64,000 nt of DNA from a virus. Positions 45,051-54,748 of the stretch are shown here, piece after piece. The notes under the pieces were generated by a model that was not told the origin of the DNA, made no database searches, and saw only the letters and a program-made list of their open reading frames with translations. Within the stretch, counting starts at the first letter, position 1; every line of letters begins with the position of its first letter. A program made the position numbers and the translations under genes. The stretch lies in the IMG/VR virus record IMGVR_UViG_3300026088_000013, one strand, 5' to 3'.

Positions 45051-47543
45051 TTATTGCATTTGTGGTTGTTCGGCTTGTTGCTCTTGAGGGTTTTCCATTC
45101 CTTGTTCTTGCTGCTGTTCTGCCATTTGTTGTTGCTGGGCTTCCATCATTTCCTGCTGCTGATTCATGGCTATATTCTTTTGCATTTCCTGATTCTCTAC
45201 CGTTAGAGGAATGGTAATATTAGGTATTAGCTGTTGTATAACAGGCAGCGCAATATCAGGTGATATAACACCTTTTCCTATGGCTTGCCACAGGCCATTA
45301 ACCGTTGCCAATTCTTTATCTTTTGTCGCCTTAAAATCAAGCATTTCTTTTTCGGCGGCTAGTTTTTCTTTCTGCAATTCAGCTTCTTGTTGTTGGGCCT
45401 GCATGGCTGATTGCTGTTGTAATTCGGCATTTTGCTGTTGGAGACGTTGACTTTCCTCTATTGCGCGCTGCCGGTTCTTTTTGAAGGTAGAATCAAGATA
45501 TAAGCAGGCTAGTTTATAGTTGTCGATATTTCGGAGCATGATAGCATCCTTAATGGTAAGGGAGGGATTGCCTTGTGCATCCGGCATTTGGCTATAACGT
45601 TGTATATCCTGTTCTAATAGTTCCTTTTCATATTCGGTGGATTTGGTTTTGATAGCTACCTTAAACCGGGTATTAAGCATGTCTTCTTGGGATTCCGGTT
45701 CTTTTTTTACTACATCATTCCAGTGCAGGAGACATATTTTATAGAAGGTATCTTCCCATCCTTTGTTGTTTCCTACAACTATGAAGTCAGTTACATTATA
45801 GGAACTTTCGTTTTGGCCCTCTGCCAGTTTGCCGGAAGTACGATCACCCACATCGCTACCATCCCGGTACATTGGAACGCCAACCAATTGACGTATCTCA
45901 TTTACGATTTGTAGCATCACGTTGGTACAGCCTACAATCTTTTCTATGGATTCATCCCGGACGGTATTGCTTAATGGCGGCGCTTCTCGTTGAAGTGGAT
46001 CAAGACCCTTGCTACTCCATATTTCATTACCTGTTTGGTTGTAGATCCTTACCACTTCTTCCCATGCTACGGTATCTCCAGTACCTAAATCAATATTGCG
46101 GGCTGATTCCACATCAATACGGATGCCACTTGGTTTTAATAAAGCGATCAATTGCTTACGTTTCATCTTTACCAACTGGTATTCCCGTAAACACTCCATC
46201 ATGCGTTCTCCCAATGATGGCATATATTCTCCGTCATTTCCGGGGATTACTACTGTATAAGAAGACAGGGGCCTTGAAACATTGGTATATGGCGTAATAA
46301 TCAAATCTGGTGGCCCCCAATAAAGCAGCGTATCACCATAAGGAGCATATACCCCACGCATCCATGTATTTTTCTTACGCTTTATTATTTCTGTGTCATC
46401 AGGTTTGGGTTGCTCTATAACTGTTCCGTCCTTTTTGGTTTGTTGATACGGGATGTTCTTTTTTTGTTCGTAGTTTTTCTTCCCAAAGGCATCCGTTTTT
46501 TCAACGTAATACATATCCTCCCCGCAATCTATTTCAGCATCGAGTAATAGGATGCAACAATCATCATAGGGTCGATTGTAATTATATGGCATTAGCGACC
46601 AATTCTCATTCCACATATAATTAAATGTGCCAATGTTTTTATTGGTGGACATTTTAGCCAGTTCAAAGATTTGCTTTTCCGTGAGGCCATCGGGTTTATA
46701 TTCACTCTTGCCATATTTCGCCCGAAAGTCCCGCACCTTTACGCTGATAAACTCCCCGATTTGGTCTATCTCTGCTTCTCCGGTATCATTCATGAAGAAG
46801 TTATAAACCATATTTGTAGGGATACATTTTCTTACTGAATATTCACCGGGGGCAAGACATTCTATTTTAGTGCAGAAAAAGTTGAGCGCAGCCAAATCGA
46901 AGATGGTTTTCCGGTTCATGACGGATTCGAAGCTGATATCATCCTTTAACTTTTCGATTATTTTTTCAAACCGTATTTCTTTGGGTAGGCGGTCTTCTAA
47001 TTCAAAATAAACCTGCGCAGACAATTCATCATCGGGGACATAGGCGTTAGGGGGTTCTAATTGTATTCCTGCTGCCTGTTGGGTTTGGTTAATCGTTTCT
47101 ACATCGTGCATCCTGAAAAGCGCATCGTGCAATCTTTCTCGTTTTTCATTTATCGAATCTGCGTCAATGGCATTTACACAAGCGTAGGTTTTACTTTTTG
47201 ACATTGATTCCACTAATGTACCCATGAATTGAGCCGCAATACGGGAAGGGGTGGTATCTATATTTACCCATGCTTTATTGGCATCTGAAACCGATAAGTA
47301 GTCTAAGAATTCGTTCATCTTCTGACTACCCTTCATCCATAGCAAAATTTCAATCCATCGTTGGGAGCGCAGCCGGAAGAAATTAAGGCTCGTATCGTTT
47401 GAGTACTGTGTACGATAAAATTGCTGCATTATTAGCTTCCCTTTTTCTTTGGAAGCCTTTTCTTCGGGCGACATAAAAAACCTTGCTAATAAAGGATCTG
47501 ATGGCAGAGATGCCGGGCTATAAGAAGGGATGTTATCGGCCAT
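45051..47543 (-). CDS. Portal protein
   Basis: 830 aa, Q-rich coiled-coil barrel at C-terminus, adjacent to terminase. Confidence 0.8.
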   Translation of the reverse strand: MADNIPSYSPASLPSDPLLARFFMSPEEKASKEKGKLIMQQFYRTQYSNDTSLNFFRLRSQRWIEILLWMKGSQKMNEFLDYLSVSDANKAWVNIDTTPSRIAAQFMGTLVESMSKSKTYACVNAIDADSINEKRERLHDALFRMHDVETINQTQQAAGIQLEPPNAYVPDDELSAQVYFELEDRLPKEIRFEKIIEKLKDDISFESVMNRKTIFDLAALNFFCTKIECLAPGEYSVRKCIPTNMVYNFFMNDTGEAEIDQIGEFISVKVRDFRAKYGKSEYKPDGLTEKQIFELAKMSTNKNIGTFNYMWNENWSLMPYNYNRPYDDCCILLLDAEIDCGEDMYYVEKTDAFGKKNYEQKKNIPYQQTKKDGTVIEQPKPDDTEIIKRKKNTWMRGVYAPYGDTLLYWGPPDLIITPYTNVSRPLSSYTVVIPGNDGEYMPSLGERMMECLREYQLVKMKRKQLIALLKPSGIRIDVESARNIDLGTGDTVAWEEVVRIYNQTGNEIWSSKGLDPLQREAPPLSNTVRDESIEKIVGCTNVMLQIVNEIRQLVGVPMYRDGSDVGDRTSGKLAEGQNESSYNVTDFIVVGNNKGWEDTFYKICLLHWNDVVKKEPESQEDMLNTRFKVAIKTKSTEYEKELLEQDIQRYSQMPDAQGNPSLTIKDAIMLRNIDNYKLACLYLDSTFKKNRQRAIEESQRLQQQNAELQQQSAMQAQQQEAELQKEKLAAEKEMLDFKATKDKELATVNGLWQAIGKGVISPDIALPVIQQLIPNITIPLTVENQEMQKNIAMNQQQEMMEAQQQQMAEQQQEQGMENPQEQQAEQPQMQ

Positions 47544-47574
47544 TAATAGGAATTTAACCTAAAAATAGCATTTT

Positions 47575-48117
47575 TTACTTTACAAAGCCTACAATGAAGT
47601 CAGAATGCACTTTTGTAACTCTGGTTTCCACGCCGTTATAATTATATACTATATCGTACCCGGCGTTGGGCTTATGGAATATTAATTGCCCCGGTTGATA
47701 CGGCTGTGTGCCTGCGTCTATGACTTTTGCCCGATCAATATACGTTTTACGATATTCTATCGGTACAGGTAATGGGGTAGGAATTTCTACCCGTTCGCAA
47801 ATGATATTCCCGCACATGGGTTTTATTTTGCCCCCTTCAGTTAAAACCCCAAATACTGTTTGGTTAAAAGGAACGCTAAAAAGATCGTCTTGAAGGAAAT
47901 ATGGTGAGGGGGCGTAAAAATGATTATGGTGGAAAATAGCTATCTGGCCCGGCTTAATGACACGATTCCCTTCCACTATCAAGGCAACGACCGGTGATCG
48001 CTCCCTATAGTTCGTTTCAAACTTCAGGGCAGTTGAAACGGTAATACCCCCGATTGAGAATGTGTCCTTTTGACGCATATCAACCCTAACCAAGATTCGT
48101 TCATTAACTGGAATCAT
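47575..48117 (-). CDS. Tandem two-domain GroES-like co-chaperonin
   Basis: PVNERILVRV..GGI..KPGQIAIF and KPMCGNIICER..KVIDAG..PGQLIF..IVGFV. Confidence 0.7.
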   Translation of the reverse strand: MIPVNERILVRVDMRQKDTFSIGGITVSTALKFETNYRERSPVVALIVEGNRVIKPGQIAIFHHNHFYAPSPYFLQDDLFSVPFNQTVFGVLTEGGKIKPMCGNIICERVEIPTPLPVPIEYRKTYIDRAKVIDAGTQPYQPGQLIFHKPNAGYDIVYNYNGVETRVTKVHSDFIVGFVK

Positions 48118-48383
48118 ACAATACCAATTATGTGCCCCGCATCCAAAACAAGATAGGTTTGCCCTTCATATTCTATTTCCTGTCCTGTTCCTTTATGAAA
48201 CAGGGCTTTCTTCCCCTTGCTGCGCTTGATTTCCGGATCTTTAACCAAACCACCCACGCCATAAACAACGCCTGTATGGGGCTTTTCCCGCCCGCTGCCG
48301 GGGATGAACAACTTACTAGCTGTTTCGGTTTCGGTTTTATCCCGGATTACAAAGACTGAATTGTTAACTACTTTTATGGGCAT
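48114..48383 (-). CDS. groES: Co-chaperonin GroES
   Basis: KLFIPGSGREKP.TGVVYGVG...GQEIEYEGQTYLVL...IIGIV. Confidence 0.9.
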   Translation of the reverse strand: MPIKVVNNSVFVIRDKTETETASKLFIPGSGREKPHTGVVYGVGGLVKDPEIKRSKGKKALFHKGTGQEIEYEGQTYLVLDAGHIIGIV

Positions 48384-48396
48384 ATCGTATTGATTA

Positions 48397-49998
48397 TTAG
48401 GCCACTGCCTCTATTAAGCATTCGGAAATTATCAGCATACCCGCAATGGAAGCCGCATTTATCAAAGCGCAGCGGAGAGCTTTGGTGGAATCAATAATGC
48501 CGGATTCTACTAGGTCTTCTATTTTAGCAGTTTTGGTATTGTAACCGTAATTGCCTTCTACTTTCAAAACCTGTTGCTGGATTAAGTCCGGTTCTACGCC
48601 ACTATTTTGAGCCATTTGCCGTAAAGGAGCAAGCAGTATTGTGTGGATTAATCGTTGCCCCTTATCAAAATCATTAGCAACCATTTCTGCCCAAAGTTTC
48701 TGACCTATACGGGTGAAAGCCGTGCCGCCGCCTGCCACAAAACCTTCGGCGATAGCCGCCTTTGTTGAACGTACAGCATCATCAAATCGATCAAGTTTTT
48801 CCTTCATTTCCGTCTCCGTGGCAGCCCCTACCTGAATAACTGCCACGCCGCCTGTCAATTTGGCAATACGCTTTTCAATGGGGAAACGCTCTTCTTCATT
48901 TTTGGCCTGCGCTAAATTCATCCTAAGCTCATTCAGGAGGTTTTCCAGCCCTTCGCCGTCATGGATACCTCCAATAATGATCGTTTCCTCTTTGCTTACT
49001 ATACACTTTCTGGCCTGCCCTAAATTCTCCAATTCAATTTCCTTGATATCAACCCCTCTTATATCGCTTACATAAGTACCCCCCGTTAAAAGGGCTAAAT
49101 CTTCCATTTCTATACGGCGTTCTTCACGGAAGGCGGGGGCCTTCGTCACACATACCCGGATAGCCTTATTGTGGTTATTTATTGCCAAAAATGCTAGTCC
49201 TTCTCCTTCAGCATCTTCACAGACAATAAGGAGGGGGCGACCATTGGCGTTTGCCAGTTCTACGGCCCGTTTCACTTGGGTATGATGGGTTATCCGGCTT
49301 TGGTACAGCAGGATAAGGGGGTCTTCAAATTCGCATACTTGCTTATCGGGTTTATTGACGAAAAATGGACTTATCCAATTATCATAAGTCCATTTATAGC
49401 CGTCGGCTATCTTGATCTCTGTTTTGACACTTTTACCGGCCTCAATGTCTATAATTCCTTCAGGGCCAATCTTTTTGAAAGCGTCTGCGATAAGACGGCC
49501 TATAGCGGGATCATTGTTGGCGCTCACACTGGCTACTTGGAATATCTTATCGTTATCGTCCCCAATGATAATAGACATTTCTTTTAATTCAGCCACAGCT
49601 TTTTCTACGGCGCTATCGATCCCCTTTTTTACCTCTTGGGAGTTAGCGCCCTCATTGACGAGTTGCATCCCCCCGGAAACAATAGCTTCGGCCAATACAC
49701 AGGTGCAGGTGGTAGCATCCCCCGCTGCTTCTACGGTACGAAAGGCTGCTTCCTTTATCAATAAGGCTCCCCGATTCTCAATGGGATCAGTCAGCGAAAA
49801 ATGCTTGGTTACCGTGAAACCATCTTTTGTAATGATTGTTGGAAGTTGCCGGATAAATCCATCCTGATAGATTGCCTCGCCGATTAAAACGCATTTTCCT
49901 GACCCACCCATAGTAACACGAACCGCGTCAGTTATTTTTTTAACCCCTACTAGTATCCTTTGCCTTGCTTCATTTGAAAATAAAACGGTCTTATCCAT
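48397..49998 (-). CDS. groEL: Chaperonin GroEL
   Basis: VRVTMGG.GK, ITKDG.TV, SANND..IG.LI, RIAKLTGGVAVIQVGAATETEMKEK, VAGGG, GIID..K..R.AL.NAAS. Confidence 0.97.
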   Translation of the reverse strand: MDKTVLFSNEARQRILVGVKKITDAVRVTMGGSGKCVLIGEAIYQDGFIRQLPTIITKDGFTVTKHFSLTDPIENRGALLIKEAAFRTVEAAGDATTCTCVLAEAIVSGGMQLVNEGANSQEVKKGIDSAVEKAVAELKEMSIIIGDDNDKIFQVASVSANNDPAIGRLIADAFKKIGPEGIIDIEAGKSVKTEIKIADGYKWTYDNWISPFFVNKPDKQVCEFEDPLILLYQSRITHHTQVKRAVELANANGRPLLIVCEDAEGEGLAFLAINNHNKAIRVCVTKAPAFREERRIEMEDLALLTGGTYVSDIRGVDIKEIELENLGQARKCIVSKEETIIIGGIHDGEGLENLLNELRMNLAQAKNEEERFPIEKRIAKLTGGVAVIQVGAATETEMKEKLDRFDDAVRSTKAAIAEGFVAGGGTAFTRIGQKLWAEMVANDFDKGQRLIHTILLAPLRQMAQNSGVEPDLIQQQVLKVEGNYGYNTKTAKIEDLVESGIIDSTKALRCALINAASIAGMLIISECLIEAVA

Positions 49999-50000
49999 AA

Positions 50001-50615
50001 TTATATATATTTAAACGAGTACCCTCCTGTATGATTTCTGCTCCCTAAGCAAACTTTGTTGATTGACCTCCTAGATAATTTCATTTTTTGGGCCGCCTCT
50101 GCTATTGATTTATAATTTACGCCCGTTTCCAAACATATTATCTTTTTAGAAGTCTGCCCAATGAAATTCTTTTTCCAATTATCGGATGGGGTTTTTCCTA
50201 AAACCCGATATGAATGTAATTCATCCTCAGATCTTGTAGCCCACTCAAGCATAAAATACCGATTATCAGATCTATCTCCTAATAAATGGTTAACATGGGG
50301 CTTTAATTCAATATTGGGAATAAAGGCAGCCGCCACTAATCGATGAGCCTGAAAGGATTTCATCTTAGAATTTTTGCTTAAAGTAAGACGTATATATCTG
50401 TGAGATATTCGCCCTTTTTTTATCTGTAATTTACGTTTAACTATAAGGCCCTTCTTTGATTCCCAAGTTTTGGGCATACTTCTACAACGACCAAAACTGC
50501 TAATCTCATACAGGCCTTCATATCCTTTAATCAGCCGCCACTCTTCCGTATGAACCACCCCGTCAATTTCCTCAATAATGTTTTCCAGTGATAGGTTTTT
50601 ATAATGTTCGGCCAT
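50001..50615 (-). CDS. NUMOD4-HNH homing endonuclease
   Basis: WRLIKGYEGLYEISSFGR; VNH..GDRSDN...LEW; NUMOD1-like tail. Confidence 0.9.
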   Translation of the reverse strand: MAEHYKNLSLENIIEEIDGVVHTEEWRLIKGYEGLYEISSFGRCRSMPKTWESKKGLIVKRKLQIKKGRISHRYIRLTLSKNSKMKSFQAHRLVAAAFIPNIELKPHVNHLLGDRSDNRYFMLEWATRSEDELHSYRVLGKTPSDNWKKNFIGQTSKKIICLETGVNYKSIAEAAQKMKLSRRSINKVCLGSRNHTGGYSFKYI

Positions 50616-50618
50616 GAA

Positions 50619-50894
50619 CTATTTTTTATTCTTCTTTGCTTGTTTTAACCGTTTCATACCGTGAATAGCGGCATTATAAACCATCGAAAGGAAATACATT
50701 CGTAAATAGTTCTTTTCTTCTTCGGTTCCTTTATCTGGAACAGAGCATTCTATGTAGGCCTCCCGGTCAAGTGGGGATGTAAGTTTTATTTCAAACTTTC
50801 CATCTACCGAAAGTTCAGTATAGGATAATCCTGTTTTATTAAGCGCAGATAAATCCTTTTGCGCAGCCTGTTTTAAAATGTCTCCAAGCGTCAT
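50619..50894 (-). CDS. Hypothetical protein
   Basis: 91 aa in operon. Confidence 0.65.
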   Translation of the reverse strand: MTLGDILKQAAQKDLSALNKTGLSYTELSVDGKFEIKLTSPLDREAYIECSVPDKGTEEEKNYLRMYFLSMVYNAAIHGMKRLKQAKKNKK

Positions 50895-51034
50895 GGTGTG
50901 CTTTTAAAAAATTGATTGATTATCATTCTTATAGCGCCAACAACTGTCAGCCCGTTTTCATCGGCATACAGCTTCAATTTCTCATAGATCCAGAAATTCA
51001 AGCTGATTAATATTGGCTTCATGGATGATTTCAT
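50891..51034 (-). CDS. Ribbon-helix-helix regulator, 47 aa (not in track)
   Basis: MKPILISLNFWIYEKLKLYADENGLTVVGAIRMIINQFF; ATGA overlap with 50894. Confidence 0.75.
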   Translation of the reverse strand: MKSSMKPILISLNFWIYEKLKLYADENGLTVVGAIRMIINQFFKSTP

Positions 51035-51128
51035 ATATTCAGGATATATTGGTGCAATATACGGAAAATATCAAATACCCAAATCAGTATAAAAAGAAAG
51101 ATAATTTTAAGCTCTAAAACTTATAATT

Positions 51129-51392
51129 ATGGCAAGCAATGTAACCGCGGGGATCAATGTATATCAAATAAACCAGACCGTATTAGATCGTGATTCCCCC
51201 AAAAAATTATCCTTCCCGACTACTGGATGTATTTTACAGGACGTTTCGGCCTCTCCGACTCGCAGCCTTAGTTCCGGCTACAATGTCTACAGTTTGATTA
51301 TCGTGCCTTCTAGCGCCGCCGCAAACTCACAGGGAACACTTTACTATTGCGCTGAAACTATCGCGCAATTGACGACTATCTTTAATGCCTAA
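51129..51392 (+). CDS. Small S/T-rich protein, possible virion decoration, counter-oriented
   Basis: 87 aa, beta-rich, ends YCAETIAQLTTIFNA; own terminator. Confidence 0.65.
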   Translation: MASNVTAGINVYQINQTVLDRDSPKKLSFPTTGCILQDVSASPTRSLSSGYNVYSLIIVPSSAAANSQGTLYYCAETIAQLTTIFNA

Positions 51393-51406
51393 GAAAGGCC
51401 AATCAT

Positions 51407-52258
51407 TTATAAAGGCTGCTCCTTGTGGGCGGCTTTTATTTTGCCTATATATTCGTCTAGATCTCCATACAACTTATGGAAATAGTACTCTAATCCGGCC
51501 TGCGCTAAAAAATCATACCGATCTTCTCCAATAGGAATACAGTTGGGGGCATAGGTGCAAACCTCCAATATTGAAGGATGCATTAACCCGGTAGAAATTT
51601 GATTCGCCATCGTTTGATTGGTGATATGAAACCGGCTCTGCTTTATGGCTTGCGCAAGGGTGAGAAAGTTATCTACGGTTAACTTTTTGATGTTTAAATC
51701 AAACTGCATGCAGAAATTGTTGTATTCCCGCATGGTTCCGGAAAATATAAGATTGTCTTCATAGGGTTTTAGAAATGAATAGTCTATGCTTTCGTTTCTA
51801 TAACGTTCTGTGCGAGTAATAATTACTTTCCCTTTTGCTAAGTCTTTGTCGCTGTCCGGAACAGTCAACCACGGCTTAGACAGATCACAAGCCAAATCAG
51901 GAAATACATAAAAATACCAACGATTAATCGACAGTCCGGGCATCCCTACATTTGTTTCCCTTATTGAATCCAAATCACAACCTATTTCTTCATCTACCCA
52001 TGTTTTCACATCTTCCAAAAATGGCTGCGATTTTAACAGAGGGGTCAGCATATCAACCATTTGCTGATTAAGCATCACATTTTTACCTTCAGTTTTGACT
52101 GGATGTACGGCCCCTTCATAATAAAACGCTTCTACATCTTTTCGCAAAAATAGGGTAGGCTTAATCCCTGTTTTTCTGTAAAATTCTTTCATGGAAGGCA
52201 ATGCGGCCAATGTGTCGCCACTATTTCCACTTGAAAGAAATGAACTATTAATTGTCAT
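51407..52258 (-). CDS. GT-B glycosyltransferase (GT9/heptosyltransferase-like)
   Basis: SGNSGDTLAALPSMK; TLAQAIKQSRFHITNQT..N.IS.GL.HP. Confidence 0.7.
   Translation of the reverse strand: MTINSSFLSSGNSGDTLAALPSMKEFYRKTGIKPTLFLRKDVEAFYYEGAVHPVKTEGKNVMLNQQMVDMLTPLLKSQPFLEDVKTWVDEEIGCDLDSIRETNVGMPGLSINRWYFYVFPDLACDLSKPWLTVPDSDKDLAKGKVIITRTERYRNESIDYSFLKPYEDNLIFSGTMREYNNFCMQFDLNIKKLTVDNFLTLAQAIKQSRFHITNQTMANQISTGLMHPSILEVCTYAPNCIPIGEDRYDFLAQAGLEYYFHKLYGDLDEYIGKIKAAHKEQPL
51411..51442 (+). terminator. Intrinsic terminator overlapping last codons of GT gene
   Basis: aaaggctgctc/gggcggctttt stem with G-U pairs then atttt. Confidence 0.6.
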
Positions 52259-53276
52259 CTTTTATTTTTTGATGTTCTGGTAATGAGTTATACAGTTGTT
52301 CGATTTGGTTCTTTTTAAATTCATACACATCATTCATTTCCGTTCCTTTCATGTCTAAATAAGAGGAACCCGCCCATATATGTTTAAACCCATTTTCCAT
52401 TAGGGTGTACTCTTGCTGTTGGTCTTCTCTATTGTGTAACCACTTTATTTCTGTAGGAATTTCAAATATCTTATAGCCCATTGCTTTCTGCCACCATGCC
52501 AGCCATTGCCCCGGCTCTGCGCCAATCCTTTTAATGATTTTCCATTTATTATCTAATAGGACATTACCGACTTCGCTTTCCATTGTGCGCTGTCCGTAGG
52601 TGTGGATTGATTCATTATTCTTTCCCATTCCATTATGAAATGGGCCCACAACAGGAGAATAATGCGCAGCTTTTTTTTCTGCTAATTGAGGATAATAAGG
52701 CTTATATCCATCAGCCAATTCAATGAAATCTTCCGGTTCGGCCAATACTTCGTTGATAATTGACTTATGAACCATAGTGTGACAGGCGAACCCTTCCGAC
52801 ATAGCCATATTAGGGAAATAGAAATACTCCAAACTCCGGCAATACTTCCATGCTTCCATCCATATACTACGTTTGTATAAAGCTCCGGCAGGATGAATAT
52901 ATGTGCCTCCCGAAAGTTTAAGAAGAGAGCCGGCACAATCATACCCTTCATTAATCAATCGCACATAATAGTCTAGCCAATTAACGTCTGTAGGAAACGA
53001 ATCTGATTCTGCCGTTATTACCCATTCTGTCTCTGCAACTTCCATTCCCATATCAAGGGCTATACCGTGAGAAGATATTTTATCAGAAAAATTTGGTAAA
53101 ACTTGCTTTAATTGATCCCGATAAGGCAATAGCTCATTTATACTTGAATCAGGAAATGAATTGTCAATTATGACAATATCAACAAAATGTTTCCTTTTGC
53201 ATTTAAGAAATTGGGATACGGCATACGCTGTTGCTTTACCGTTTTTATAGTGAGGTATAAGTATAGTTATGCGCAT
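52248..53276 (-). CDS. GT-A glycosyltransferase (GT2-like)
   Basis: ITILIPHYK, IVIIDNS, SHGIALD.G, WVITAESDSF. Confidence 0.8.
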   Translation of the reverse strand: MRITILIPHYKNGKATAYAVSQFLKCKRKHFVDIVIIDNSFPDSSINELLPYRDQLKQVLPNFSDKISSHGIALDMGMEVAETEWVITAESDSFPTDVNWLDYYVRLINEGYDCAGSLLKLSGGTYIHPAGALYKRSIWMEAWKYCRSLEYFYFPNMAMSEGFACHTMVHKSIINEVLAEPEDFIELADGYKPYYPQLAEKKAAHYSPVVGPFHNGMGKNNESIHTYGQRTMESEVGNVLLDNKWKIIKRIGAEPGQWLAWWQKAMGYKIFEIPTEIKWLHNREDQQQEYTLMENGFKHIWAGSSYLDMKGTEMNDVYEFKKNQIEQLYNSLPEHQKIKDDN

Positions 53277-53279
53277 GAT

Positions 53280-54101
53280 TTATTTTTTTCCTAAAAACAT
53301 AGGTGATGCTTGGTACTCAATCAATAAAGAGCTTTCAAGGCGTTCCTTTTCAAATTCCGGATTTTCAAAAACGTATTTCATCAATAAATTTAAATCTCCT
53401 TCAAGAAATGCCCTGTAAAAATCTCCCTTCTTTTCTAATCTCTCTGTAAACGAATCGTAATTATCACGAGCGAACGCCAGCCACCCACTATCAGTAAATC
53501 CCTGTTGTTCCGGGAAGTCGATTAATTTTTTGTAGTTGTGAAAGTAGCAACATTCTTTTGCAAAGTCGTAACATCGAGCTTTTAGTAAATCGTTGTTATC
53601 CTTCGGAAGATCGGCCATAGTGAAAAGGGGACGATGAAAAGGACGGAACAGATCTTCGGGCCCACACTGTTCATGTATATTACCAGCCCAATGTAATTCT
53701 GATTTTCGGTTGAGGCGATACCAATGATGTCGATCCTCCAAATGATCAAAGTAAAAAGTATTGCATTCGCTATTAGCTTGTACTATTTCGACTACCTTTT
53801 CTTTACCCTTAGAAATTATCTCACTGCAATTCATGTATATATTCCAATCATTGCTAGAGTGGCTTATCATATCATTAAGAATAGCAGAAAACCCGTTTTT
53901 GAAAATATAGTTAAAAGGGTACTGTACTATTTTTAAATTAAAGTCATTTTGGTAGGAATAAATAAGCCTTCGATCTTCCTCAAATAGACAAAGATCTCCA
54001 AAAATAATTTCATCTGCAACGCCTTCAAATGATTTGAAAGTCTCTTTCAAGGCAAGCGGATTCCCTTGTGCCATCGTAACCAAACTTATTCCCGTCTTCA
54101 T
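53280..54101 (-). CDS. Divergent GT-A glycosyltransferase (GT2-like)
   Basis: ISLVTM, ADEII..D, F....N..I, W.GNIHEQ; DxD replaced by NCSE. Confidence 0.65.
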   Translation of the reverse strand: MKTGISLVTMAQGNPLALKETFKSFEGVADEIIFGDLCLFEEDRRLIYSYQNDFNLKIVQYPFNYIFKNGFSAILNDMISHSSNDWNIYMNCSEIISKGKEKVVEIVQANSECNTFYFDHLEDRHHWYRLNRKSELHWAGNIHEQCGPEDLFRPFHRPLFTMADLPKDNNDLLKARCYDFAKECCYFHNYKKLIDFPEQQGFTDSGWLAFARDNYDSFTERLEKKGDFYRAFLEGDLNLLMKYVFENPEFEKERLESSLLIEYQASPMFLGKK

Positions 54102-54748
54102 CTAGTCAGTTTTTGATAGTGGCTTACATAATTTGAAAATCTTTGTCGGGGAAAAAACCCATGTGTGCAAAGTAAAACGTCAAGGCCATGCAAACTAAAT
54201 ATGGTACTGTGTCCGGCGTCGGGATTCACATAAAACCAATCATCAATAGTGTGCCCGTCTTCAATAGCTGCGTCGATTATGCCTGTTTCAATCATTAACC
54301 GGCCCCCATTGACCAGTGATTTCCATATAACATCCAGTTCGATATAGTTTGCTGATAAGTGTTCTATCGTTTCTACCATTGTAACGATATGATACATCTC
54401 CTTAGCGGGAAGTTGACAATATTTTTCATTGTAGGCGTCAAATCCATCAACATGGACATAGCCAGCTTCTTTGAGGTCGTTTATTAACAGTCCATTGCCA
54501 CAGCCAAAATCTAAAATCCTTACTTCTTGCTTCGGGATTCCAAAAGTCATTTTATTGATCCGATCTATACGGAGATAGTTTTGTCTTTCATTTCTTTCCA
54601 CTTCGTGTTCGCCGCCTACAAGGCCATCTTGATCCAACACCCCCGCATAAAGAGAATGACAGTTGCTACATTCATAGTATTCTGTTATTCCTTTTGTAAG
54701 GCGAAGGGACGACCCATTGAAGCATATCGGGCAATAGTGATCGCTCAT
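54098..54748 (-). CDS. Class I SAM methyltransferase with N-terminal Zn ribbon
   Basis: CPIC...CSNC; ILDFGCGNG; VETIEHL; GGRLMI; HSTIFS. Confidence 0.88.
   Translation of the reverse strand: MSDHYCPICFNGSSLRLTKGITEYYECSNCHSLYAGVLDQDGLVGGEHEVERNERQNYLRIDRINKMTFGIPKQEVRILDFGCGNGLLINDLKEAGYVHVDGFDAYNEKYCQLPAKEMYHIVTMVETIEHLSANYIELDVIWKSLVNGGRLMIETGIIDAAIEDGHTIDDWFYVNPDAGHSTIFSLHGLDVLLCTHGFFPRQRFSNYVSHYQKLTR

Noticed and set aside
19647-49867. Numerous + strand ORFs of 60-150 aa opposite the structural genes
   Set aside because: Antisense shadows with no recognisable motifs or start contexts
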